64,000 bases of DNA. It comes from Nemertoderma westbladi (taxonomy: Eukaryota; Animalia; Xenacoelomorpha). The DNA lies in the NCBI GenBank assembly GCA_032718475.1, contig JAUCBJ010003287.1, forward strand, positions 1-64,000, in the 5' to 3' direction. Made by a program: the position numbers and the translations under genes. The notes under the pieces are model-generated. The model was not told where the DNA came from. It made no database searches and saw only the letters and a program-made list of their open reading frames with translations. Below are positions 9,217 through 18,583 of the stretch, piece after piece (within the stretch, counting starts at the first letter, position 1; each line of letters opens with the position of its first letter).

Positions 9217-10971
9217 ATGGAAGAACTACCATTCGATTATGTCAACACTGGAAACAGTTGTACTACTCCTGCTCATTCACTGCTAAAAGCTGATAAAAGC
9301 CTGGAGCAACAAGATAATACTACCAACTCATCTACTGACACCGGAATCCTTCTAGAAAAAACTCTGGGGCCAGATACACAACCCCCAAAAACCCCACTAA
9401 AGACAGGACCACTAAATCCCTCATTATTCGATTCACCAGGTAATGTGGATAGTATAGACCGAGCACAGGCAACCCAAATGCATTTGCCATTGGTGGAAGA
9501 TCTCCAGGAGGACGGAAGCTGGAAAAAGAGAAACCATCCCAATCATAATAACTATATCTATGGAGGGAGATCTTGGGATCTCAATATACCAGCATGGAAA
9601 CCTCAATCAATGACTGAATGCCCCACTGCTGTCCATGATTCTACGAACGAACAGCCAATAATCCCGATACCAACTACGATAACACCTCCAGTAATGATCC
9701 CAGGATATCCTGGTACTACAAACCCAAGCTCCCCACATATGGAAAGGGGGAGCAAGGCAGCTACTGACAGAGAGTTTTGGTCAGATGATCTAAATCAAAT
9801 TCATCCAGATGATTCCTTAATAGCTGAAGTACCCATTACTAATGGAATATCTGTAATAGTAGATAAAAGGACAGGCCAAACCTTACTACCTAAAAAAGTC
9901 ATGAACAATGAAGATATAAACGAGAATATGACGAAGTTAGCCTATAACATTTTCTGTGCGGATACCGGCAAATTTTATTATGGACTCTCTCAACCCAACA
10001 CCACTGACCTGGGCTCCTTGGCTAATACTGCATGGCTCACCAATGGAGCCGTAAATTCCTTCTTATGGATGCTAGAGCGCAGCTCCCCAAATATATCTTG
10101 GATTAGCGATGAACTCACCCAAAAATTAGCTTACAATGATTACGATAGAATAGCAGCAACTAAATATATTGCACGCAGTTATTTTCTATCAATCTCCTCA
10201 ACTACACCAGTTCCCTTGGAATATATCCTTGTCCCAGAGTGTTCGAACTCACACTTTGTGCTTCATGTCATCGATATAAATACAAGGACAGTCTACAAGA
10301 TGTGCTCTTTTGGAAATACACAACCAACTGATATATCATATAGACTATGCTCACTTTTCAACTGCCTCGATGAATATTACTGGCAATTTGACGATGCAGC
10401 ATCCCACAAAGAACCTTGGTCATGTGCCAATTCTAAACTCTTCTTGAATCTTCCCCATCAAAGTAATAGCCATGACTGTGGAGTCTTTGTATGCCTCTAC
10501 GCTGCAGCCATAGCCCATAATAATAGATATATCCCCAACCATCTATTAAGCTCAGAGAATGCTAGGACCTGGATCCTTAATATATTGAATGAAGTCAAGT
10601 ACACAAACCCATATGACATGCACTTGTCCAATGTCCCGCTAATCAACACTCAACCAGCTCACCCAGGCGCATATAACACAATCCAAGATAGCAAGGACAA
10701 ACCAAACACCCCTACTAAAGTCACCCTTGATAACAACGACTGGGCCTCTGATATAATCCCTCTCACTAGGAAGACCGCTCTAAGGCAAATCACTGCACAA
10801 TTAAAGCCCGGTGATGATGGGCTGAGACAAGGGCTCTTAGATGATGTCAAACTCTTTATGTCCCCCATTCAGGCAGCCTCACTACAACTAAAAAATCGCA
10901 CCGCAAAACAAGAAACATCCATTGATGTATATGAACTTCTTCGATGCATCTATGAAAAAAAAACTAACTGA
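9217..10971 (+). CDS. LINE ORF1, 5' part: low-complexity N-terminus plus Ulp1/SENP-like C48 cysteine peptidase domain
   Basis: WLTNGAVNSFL, ILVPECSNSHFVLHVID and LPHQSNSHDCGVFVC match the Ulp1 blocks WLNDxxIN, IPxxxxxHWxLxxID and PQQxNxxDCGVF. The first ATG inside the element is at 9217. The ORF-track GTG start (9190) lies in the flanking duplication. Confidence 0.8.
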   Translation: MEELPFDYVNTGNSCTTPAHSLLKADKSLEQQDNTTNSSTDTGILLEKTLGPDTQPPKTPLKTGPLNPSLFDSPGNVDSIDRAQATQMHLPLVEDLQEDGSWKKRNHPNHNNYIYGGRSWDLNIPAWKPQSMTECPTAVHDSTNEQPIIPIPTTITPPVMIPGYPGTTNPSSPHMERGSKAATDREFWSDDLNQIHPDDSLIAEVPITNGISVIVDKRTGQTLLPKKVMNNEDINENMTKLAYNIFCADTGKFYYGLSQPNTTDLGSLANTAWLTNGAVNSFLWMLERSSPNISWISDELTQKLAYNDYDRIAATKYIARSYFLSISSTTPVPLEYILVPECSNSHFVLHVIDINTRTVYKMCSFGNTQPTDISYRLCSLFNCLDEYYWQFDDAASHKEPWSCANSKLFLNLPHQSNSHDCGVFVCLYAAAIAHNNRYIPNHLLSSENARTWILNILNEVKYTNPYDMHLSNVPLINTQPAHPGAYNTIQDSKDKPNTPTKVTLDNNDWASDIIPLTRKTALRQITAQLKPGDDGLRQGLLDDVKLFMSPIQAASLQLKNRTAKQETSIDVYELLRCIYEKKTN

Positions 10972-12526
10972 AGCATGCAGGAAACGTCTAAAAATTGCTG
11001 AAGCCATATCCAGTGATTCCAGCCTGGAAAATATGAGAAAAGACCTCATATCAGTGACAGTTGCATTTCAGAATAGATTCTGCAAACTTGAAACGGATTA
11101 CAAGCGACTACTGGATGAGGTAAAATACCTCAACGATGAACTAGCCCATGAGAGGAATACCAGACTCACCCTACAAGCTGATCTAAGGTCTATCCAGGAC
11201 TCTAAGCCAAGCATACAGCCTAACCCCAGAATATACCCTGGAGGAATTTCCTACCCAAATATATATGCAAAGTCAGAGTCAACTCTAGATAGGGGACTCA
11301 ATGGAGAGGTGATAAAAGAAAATATAGACTTGGACCTTGCTCCATCCTCTAGCCCTCTGTTGCAGTCCCTCTCAGCTGCCATTCAAGTATCTTCCTGCAT
11401 TAGCCCCTCTACATATATTGTGCTGGATTCAACTGAGGATAGCATACATCCACCAGATTCACCTACTCAGTCCACACCACCCCCATTACAGTCACCTACC
11501 TTGACTTCTGTAAACATAGAGAGTCATTCCCCTCCCATGTACATAGTAACGGACGAATTAAATACATGCCCTTCACCTTTCCCAAGTCAGTCAAATAACT
11601 CAAAGAGCCGCTACATGGACAACTGCCTCGATGGCTCTTCCAACACCAACGGCAATTATGATGCGGAACCTCACATGATGAAACCCAGTCCAGTAGCTGA
11701 TACTTATAAGCTTACACGGCGGCAACGTAAGATGGATCGAAAAGGAAGATTGAAAGGTAGTGGTCCCTCTCCTATACCAACTAGCAACAGATACTCAACC
11801 CTGAGTGACACTAGTCAATCAAGAATGACCCAGGTGGCCCCTCTGGCTAAACCCTTAGTCAAACCTAGTAGTGAACACCACCCTCCAAAAGGATCTAGTC
11901 CTATAATCAAGTCCATACAAAAGGCTGATAAGGCAACACAACTAACAGGCAATGAGCTAGGTCCCAAGATGAGTTCCAAGCCCAAGCGTGACGATACCCG
12001 TACCTTCATAACATCACATAAGTGCACTGACTCATCATCAGGTCTGGATAACACCCCACATTATACTGCAGTACATAATAATGGGAAGTCTTCAGTCGCA
12101 CAATGGACACAGGCAGAAGCATATAACGGGCAGCACCACAAATCCAGGAGTACCATAACCCAATCCTGCCACACAAGGGAAATCTCCGATACTAACCCAC
12201 ACCTACGACCACAATCACATGTCTCCCAGTCATTAAACAGACATGAATACCTTATTACAGGGGTAAAACGCTGTTATACTGAAGACAATGTCATCGAATA
12301 CTTACAGGAAAGAAATGTATTTGTAGACAGGATTGTAACCAGGAATAGACTGGGCTCACTTTCAATGCGTTTCAGCACTTGGAATACATGCTCCACCTAT
12401 GACGATAAACTGACTACGCCTTTCTTTTGGCCACAAGGGATAAAATGTCGATCGTGGGGAACCAACATTGATTCTAAGCTATACCCTTGCCATATAAAGA
12501 TGCATCCGTTGAAGTATCGAGTTTAA
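10922..12526 (+). CDS. LINE ORF1, 3' part: coiled coil, Pro/Ser-rich linker and C-terminal RRM-like domain; probably one ORF with the preceding part
   Basis: Heptad segment LETDYKRLLDEVKYLNDELAHERNTRLTLQADL, an SNRYSTL motif, and C-terminal LITGV...FWPQGIKCRSW as seen in LINE ORF1 proteins. Removing one A from the A9 run at 10955-10963 joins it to the upstream ORF. Confidence 0.75.
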   Translation: MMYMNFFDASMKKKLTEACRKRLKIAEAISSDSSLENMRKDLISVTVAFQNRFCKLETDYKRLLDEVKYLNDELAHERNTRLTLQADLRSIQDSKPSIQPNPRIYPGGISYPNIYAKSESTLDRGLNGEVIKENIDLDLAPSSSPLLQSLSAAIQVSSCISPSTYIVLDSTEDSIHPPDSPTQSTPPPLQSPTLTSVNIESHSPPMYIVTDELNTCPSPFPSQSNNSKSRYMDNCLDGSSNTNGNYDAEPHMMKPSPVADTYKLTRRQRKMDRKGRLKGSGPSPIPTSNRYSTLSDTSQSRMTQVAPLAKPLVKPSSEHHPPKGSSPIIKSIQKADKATQLTGNELGPKMSSKPKRDDTRTFITSHKCTDSSSGLDNTPHYTAVHNNGKSSVAQWTQAEAYNGQHHKSRSTITQSCHTREISDTNPHLRPQSHVSQSLNRHEYLITGVKRCYTEDNVIEYLQERNVFVDRIVTRNRLGSLSMRFSTWNTCSTYDDKLTTPFFWPQGIKCRSWGTNIDSKLYPCHIKMHPLKYRV

Positions 12527-15500
12527 CAGATGGAGAGAGTATGGCGCCCTGGATAGGATAGATGTCCAGAAGCAAGGCAGACCACACAGGAGACATGGAA
12601 GGAAACTGAAGGCAAATTTATCAAATCTTACGCATTTTAACCCTAACATAAGTAGTGATAAAATTGACGCCAGAAACAAAAAAAATAGATACAGTAAGGA
12701 TGATAGTGATCACATCAACATCAGAGTAGGAACATACAACTGCCGGGGACTAGCTGACAACATTGATTACATTCACGATTTACTGAGGAATTTAGATGTG
12801 CTAGCACTGCAGGAGCACCTGCTTGACAGCATTGACGCCAGGGCCATTTTCAAAGACTTTGATGACAATTTTACGTGCTTTCACGTACCTGCTAAATCGT
12901 TATCCTATCGAAACTCAGGTGGGGTTGCCATCTTTCTGAGGAAGTGCAAGTTCTCTAATGTCACGGAAATAGGATGTGAGGATAATATAATAGGAGCTAA
13001 AGCACTACTGACTGCCGACAAAACCGCATACCTACTACTCTCCTGCTACGCTCCTGATTCAAGTAAACGGAGCTCTGTCTACGACCATTTCATAGGACAA
13101 CTTCAGGCCGTAGTGGACATCAACAGTGACCTCACTCCAATCATACTCATGGATAGTAATGCAGACGTTGGTCTCCTCCAGGGTACAAGATGTAACAGGA
13201 AATTTGCCACTCCTAGGGGGAAAAAATTTAATAATTTTCTGATATCTAATCATATGGCTGCCTTTGATACCTTTGCTACCACTACTGGCCCCTGCCACAG
13301 CTTCTACAGGGGAGACATGGGGATATCCTATATAGACCATGTCATAAGTACATTACATATCGCTCCCCATTCTGGGAAGGTCCACACAATGGATCAATCT
13401 AAGAACTTATCGGACCATACACCAGTTGAAGTACACTTCTACCCCGTTAAAAAACCTTGCGCCCAAGCCCCTTCAGTCACTAATAGTTGCACTCCCGCCC
13501 GCATGAGTATAGCCAAACACCATTGGTCAAAGGCCACAAAGACAAATTTAGATAAATATACCCTTGAAGTGGAAAATCTCCTCTACCAATTGAATTCTCA
13601 ATATTCACAAGACCTCTCAACTTGGACTGTAGGAGACCTGAATAACTATACTAGCTCTGTTGAAAGAATTCTCACAAAGGCAGCACAAAACTATATTCCA
13701 ATCTTGAAAAGGAGGAAAGTCCCAATAAGGAGGAAGAACGCCTGGATCAACTCAACAAAATTAAAGGAAAGGATATCCACTACCAAAAGGTTACATCGAA
13801 TGTGGCGAAAGTCTACCAATGAAACTGATAAAGTGGAGTTCTATACTAGCTTCCGCTCATCCAAGGCCCTAGTCCGACGCCTTCGCAATACACTTTCCAA
13901 ACAACAATCCCAGCACAACCTAATCAACGCAACTGCCTCTTTTAAAACTAACCCCAAAAGGTTCTGGTCATACTTTGGAAGTCAACAAAACTCTATTCCC
14001 CCAGATAAGGTACAAAATGAACTCAGGGCAAAGTATCATTCGATATCCCCCCCTGCAGTACGGCTACAAGATGAAGATGACTTATACAATCTCATTGGGA
14101 AATTAAAGAAAAAATGCAACATTGGAACTATGCCACATATCTCACCCATTGTAGTCAAACGAGTCATCAGTAAACTTAATAAAGGGAAATCACCAGACTT
14201 TCTTTCTCTTACAGTGGAGCACCTTCTTCATACCAACTCCAACTCAACCTCTAAGACTATCGCCAATATCCTTAATGGGTCTATCAGACTTGGAGAAGTA
14301 CCTAATTCTTTCGGAAATACAACTGTTACCCATGTGTACAAGGGAAAGAAAAAGAATCCCCAGCTCGATCCCTCTTATCGCCCTATTGCCTCAATACCTA
14401 TTCTTGCGAAAATCTTGGAGGGATCAATTTTATCCTTGTGTTTCTCAGAGTATGTTAACTCAACAAACGCTAACCAGCTCGGTTTCAAAAAAAGAATTGG
14501 TGCAGACATGGCAATCGGATTGGCACTCGAGTGTACGGAATATTATCACCAACAGAAAACTCCCCTATATATCTGCCAAATGGATATCAAAGCTGCGTTT
14601 GATGAAGTCAATCTGGTCATGTTATTCAACAAGTTGTCGGACCTCATAAATCCTTTTATTATCATAGTCCTATGCCGCTATTATATGAACACCACTATTT
14701 TCCTAAAATTCGGAGAACATGTTGAATTGACAGGGTACAGCATATTGAGGGGGGTAAAACAGGGTTCATTACTATCGCCATTTCTGTTCAATATTTATAC
14801 GTCAACTATATTTAACAAACTACAAACCTACAATTTGGGATGCGTAATTGGGTCTGCATGGGTGGGAGTAATAGGATATGCTGATGACTTCCTGCTACTC
14901 GCCACAAGTAAATGTGAACTAAAACAAATGATGAAGCATATAACGGAGGAATGCGAAAAACTGGACCTAGCCATCGAACCGGCTAAAACTAAATGGATCT
15001 GCAGCTCTACCTCCCATCATTCGGCAATCTTAGAGTTTAATAACAACCTTATCCCGGAATGCTCCAATCTGTGTTTCCTAGGATTCAACCTTGCAACAAG
15101 GCGATATAACGCTTTACAATATTGCATTAGTACCTTATCCACCATTTGCGAAATATTCAGAAGTAAGTCATGGACAGCTCGGAAGTTGGATTGTGAAACT
15201 TTGGGAAGATTATGGAGAACGATTGGAATTCCTTCAGCCCTATATAAAATAAAATTTCTATTTGGAGCCCTAACTAGGACGCAAACGGATGTGATAGAAT
15301 CACATTACAGGAAGCTGCTGCGTAGACTACTCTGTGTGGGAAATTATGTGTGTAACAATACTCTCTACGGCTTAATGGGATGCAGCTACATTGCCGATGA
15401 GGCGTACAAGTCTATAGTAGGGGCCATCATACGACTAGAAACGTGCCCTAATGAATTATTGCAAACTGGACTCGGTTATGCCCTATTATACAACAACCAA

Positions 15501-15743
15501 GACACGGCACACATTGGCCTTGGCAGCACCTATCACAAAGCCGCAACGGCTTATCCGCTTCCTACTCTCCACTCACTACTAACCTCTACTTATGCAACAC
15601 ACAGCGTGCTCTCACGGATAAAACCAGGCGAACTAAAACTAAGTGAGAAAAATGATGCTAGCTTTATTGCAAACTGTTATAAAATGTCAATCCCCTTTTG
15701 CGATAAACACAAATATATCCTCGATTATTTTGGAATCATATAA
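12513..15743 (+). CDS. LINE ORF2: AP-like endonuclease plus reverse transcriptase
   Basis: The frame is open from 12513 (after TGA 12510-12512). APE motifs: IRVGTYNCRGL (12720), LQEH, SGGVAI, CYAP, MDSNA, YIDH, SDH. RT motifs: YRPI, QLGF, DIKAAFD, GVKQGSLLSPFLF, YADD, LGF. There are no internal stops; the start codon is uncertain. Confidence 0.95.
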   Translation, partial: SIEFNRWREYGALDRIDVQKQGRPHRRHGRKLKANLSNLTHFNPNISSDKIDARNKKNRYSKDDSDHINIRVGTYNCRGLADNIDYIHDLLRNLDVLALQEHLLDSIDARAIFKDFDDNFTCFHVPAKSLSYRNSGGVAIFLRKCKFSNVTEIGCEDNIIGAKALLTADKTAYLLLSCYAPDSSKRSSVYDHFIGQLQAVVDINSDLTPIILMDSNADVGLLQGTRCNRKFATPRGKKFNNFLISNHMAAFDTFATTTGPCHSFYRGDMGISYIDHVISTLHIAPHSGKVHTMDQSKNLSDHTPVEVHFYPVKKPCAQAPSVTNSCTPARMSIAKHHWSKATKTNLDKYTLEVENLLYQLNSQYSQDLSTWTVGDLNNYTSSVERILTKAAQNYIPILKRRKVPIRRKNAWINSTKLKERISTTKRLHRMWRKSTNETDKVEFYTSFRSSKALVRRLRNTLSKQQSQHNLINATASFKTNPKRFWSYFGSQQNSIPPDKVQNELRAKYHSISPPAVRLQDEDDLYNLIGKLKKKCNIGTMPHISPIVVKRVISKLNKGKSPDFLSLTVEHLLHTNSNSTSKTIANILNGSIRLGEVPNSFGNTTVTHVYKGKKKNPQLDPSYRPIASIPILAKILEGSILSLCFSEYVNSTNANQLGFKKRIGADMAIGLALECTEYYHQQKTPLYICQMDIKAAFDEVNLVMLFNKLSDLINPFIIIVLCRYYMNTTIFLKFGEHVELTGYSILRGVKQGSLLSPFLFNIYTSTIFNKLQTYNLGCVIGSAWVGVIGYADDFLLLATSKCELKQMMKHITEECEKLDLAIEPAKTKWICSSTSHHSAILEFNNNLIPECSNLCFLGFNLATRRYNALQYCISTLSTICEIFRSKSWTARKLDCETLGRLWRTIGIPSALYKIKFLFGALTRTQTDVIESHYRKLLRRLLCVGNYVCNNTLYGLMGCSYIADEAYKSIVGAIIRLETCPNELLQTGLGYALLYNNQDTAHIGLGSTYHKAATAYPLPTLHSLLTSTYATHSVLSRIKPGELKLSEKNDASFIANCYKMSIPFCDKHKYILDYFGII

Positions 15744-15810
15744 TCCATCAATCTACTAACTACTTAAACATTATCACAGATTTTATAGCTAACGTTACCG
15801 GATCTAGTAG

Positions 15811-16215
15811 TATCGTGCAATTGACCTATAGATTAATTGGATAAGGCAATATGTTGTAATATATATAAAATGTATTGTATTGTGTTGTAACACGTTTAAG
15901 CTCCTACATTGATTCATTGCGTTGCCAATTTTCTATACTGTGTAATACTCTACTATGTGGATTGTTTAATCCGATTCTAGAATATGGACTATAAATATTT
16001 TGATTAATACAACCCGAGTGGGTTAACTCGAGTACCACTATCTGGCTGAATGGATTTCGTATTATCTACGCATAATCGTATATTTGTCGTGCAATTGATT
16101 AATTTGTTAAACGCAAGGTCATTGACCAATGACCATATGCATTGTAATATATTATATAACATGTTATTGTATTGTGTTGTAACACGTTTAACCTCACATA
16201 CCGATTCATTGCGGT
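15811..16215 (+). repeat. Imperfect ~115-130-bp direct repeat inside the LINE 3' UTR
   Basis: TCGTGCAATTGA ... TATTGTATTGTGTTGTAACACGTTTAA ... GATTCATTGCG occurs at ~15811-15925 and ~16085-16215. Confidence 0.8.
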
Positions 16216-16490
16216 TATTCCTGACTACAAATCAGCAATGATTTTGATTTCGTTTGAAATGTTGGATCTGTATGGCCGTTGGCCTACTTTTATTTTGTGC
16301 ATAACTGATTAAATAGTTTTAACTCCATGTCCATGTAACCTAGGTTGCATTTAGTCCAATACCAGTACCCTCAAGGTAATTTTTAGCCGGACTATTATAC
16401 AAGTTTCCTAAGTCTTATTGGTATCTGTATAACCTTTAGCTATGGACAGTGTTTCTGGTTATTTTAATGTTTTATCTGCCAATTTTACTG

Positions 16491-16540
16491 AATAAATGCC
16501 GGCTAGACCGGGCGCAACAAGTTAAAAAAAAAAAAAAAAA
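16491..16540 (+). terminator. LINE polyadenylation signal and poly(A) tail
   Basis: AATAAA at 16491-16496, a short GC-rich hairpin CCGG-CTAGA-CCGG, then 17-18 A from 16524. Confidence 0.85.
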
Positions 16541-17025
16541 ACTGGACACTGGTGCTTACTTGGACCCACTACTGGCTTGGGTGCAGAACTTGTATATGTC
16601 GCCTAACGTACAGTAAGGAGGACTAAAGGGACACGACATGGAAGAAAAATATCAAGGGGACGAGGTTGAGGTTAATCTATTTTCGAATTACCGAGTGACA
16701 AAATATTTTCCAATATTTCAGCCCCTATATTAACGATTGTTACGCAGACAATTAGATACAGGCCTTCGTCAGGGATTGCTAACAAACTATCTATTGTCGG
16801 TGTATCAATCGTTAATATAGTGGCTGAAATATTGGATAATAATTGTTAACTAAGTCATTCGATAATAATAGATCGGTCCCAACCTCCTCCCCTTGATATG
16901 TTCCCACCAGTAGTGATCCGGGCTCGCAAGTTCATCTATTTCAAGAAAAAAATGTTTTCAACAAAATGCGCAGTGGCTGCAGTGTGACAAAGTTAGCAAA
17001 CTTTATGCTAAAGTGAAGTATCTAT
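16541..17025 (+). repeat. 485-bp direct repeat, right copy (includes copy 2 of the fold-back element, 16649-16899)
   Basis: Begins immediately after the poly(A) tail and is identical by eye to 8718-9202. Confidence 0.95.
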
Positions 17026-18583
17026 ATTGTTAATGGTATGTAGTTAATATGATTAATTATCATACAATTATTTAGTAATATCTTTCATGATATTGATATT
17101 TAGTTTTTAAAAAGATATTTAAAAAACATATTTTATACACTTATAATACAATGTATTAATAATACATAAACATGCGCATTATTTATTACATTTTACCTCA
17201 TAAGATAATACATGTAAGTAGTTATAATAAGTTACATTTAAATTACATTTATCTGTAGTAGTAATACAGTACATAGACAGAAAATTAATTAAAGCCCACG
17301 AAATAACAAAGATAATTGAAAATCAAATTTATGAAAAATAAACGTAGAATGTATATTTAATTTCTACTTTCAATCCGCGTTAAATTTAACATCAACTCTG
17401 GTATTGGGGTATATAAAGCCGTCCTTAATAATGTATTAAAGGACGCCTTGGGGTATATCGATGGCAATGCAGACTACGGCACGCTGCTAAGGTTACCTTT
17501 TGCATCGGCCTACTAGTTAATACCGGTATATATACTGTAAATGATTATATTATGTGCGACAAAGAATTGGTGAAGTGGCTGGCAAACGCGGATAGAATTG
17601 GGTGTCTAAAGTGAAGAATTTCTTTCTGCGCTCAATTATCAAAACTTTTCATCGGAAAGCGCTTGATAAACCTATAATAAATTAATTATTGCAAAATAAT
17701 TTGTAAAAAAGTTATTTTAAATTTACCATGCCGTAATGGAAAATATTTACCAGGAAGACATTATTAAAAATAAGTATGTCTTTGAATAATGTGGAGATAT
17801 TTCGGTATGAGTACGTAGAGATTGGTGATAAACGTGTTTACAAAATTGGTGAAGAGGTGGTGAATTGTGACCACTTTCTGAAAAGTGTAAACTTATTGGC
17901 AGCAGCAACAAAATGTTAAAGTCTCAGGAAGTGCAAAAGATACTATTTTGCGGTGTAAGAAGAAACACGACGTTTTATACTGCAAATTAATTAAGGAAGA
18001 CAATAAATGTTTGAACTGTAGGCTGGGCTACTTTCCTTTACTGTTTAAGAAATTTATACCTAGTCTGTCACTTTTATCTGACCCAACCTCGGTCTCTATC
18101 AAATAACGATATACTTTTAGAGGGCCGTTCTGATCACAACCTACATTAAAGATCCAAGTGAAGTATTCCAAAGGACTTATTGTACAGGGTGATAGGCCTA
18201 TTCAATCCGTAATTTAGGAATGAAATGCAGGCCCCTTATAACAAATTCTTAAATTTGATAATGATTCTAATTTATAGTAAAGGGATATTTCCTGTAACCA
18301 CCAAAGAAAATAAATAGAAAATTTATTTTTCTGAATGTAACTTTTTTGAAGAGTGAAAAATCAGATGATGGCATATATATGTATATATGATGTTCGATAT
18401 AAAGTGAAATATTAGAATCCCTGGGTTTACTTCACATGGACCTATTGAAATTATAAAATAACAAATTGGTTATTTTATGGTTATACACATCAATGCACGT
18501 TATACATTAATATAGAATGACATCCATGTTTCTATTGACAATAATTCAAGGTGGTAATAATGAATCATCCAATAAGGATGAAG

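Larger units (their letters stand above)
9203..16540 (+). mobile_element. Non-LTR retrotransposon (APE-RT LINE), probably 5'-truncated, with poly(A) tail; clade not determined
   Basis: ORF1 region, APE-RT ORF2, ~780-bp 3' UTR, AATAAA at 16491, A-tail 16524-16540, and a flanking direct duplication. Confidence 0.95.

Noticed and set aside
10957-10964. Canonical -1 slippery heptamer A_AAA_AAC
   Set aside because: The downstream ORF is in the +1 frame, so a -1 shift would not reach it.
12798-12800. ORF-track start of ORF2
   Set aside because: It is an internal GTG (Val) downstream of the first APE motif (TYNCRGL). The frame is open from 12513.
8718-17025. LTR retrotransposon interpretation of the 485-bp direct repeats
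   Set aside because: There are no TG...CA ends, PBS/PPT, integrase, RNase H or aspartic protease. The RT is LINE-type with an APE domain, and a poly(A) tail precedes the right repeat.
17550-17920. Coding-looking patches (MCDKELVKWLANADRIG; MSLNNVEIFRYEYVEIGDKRVYKIGEE)
   Set aside because: They are short, interrupted by stops and have no recognisable family. They may be a decayed gene or TE but cannot be supported.
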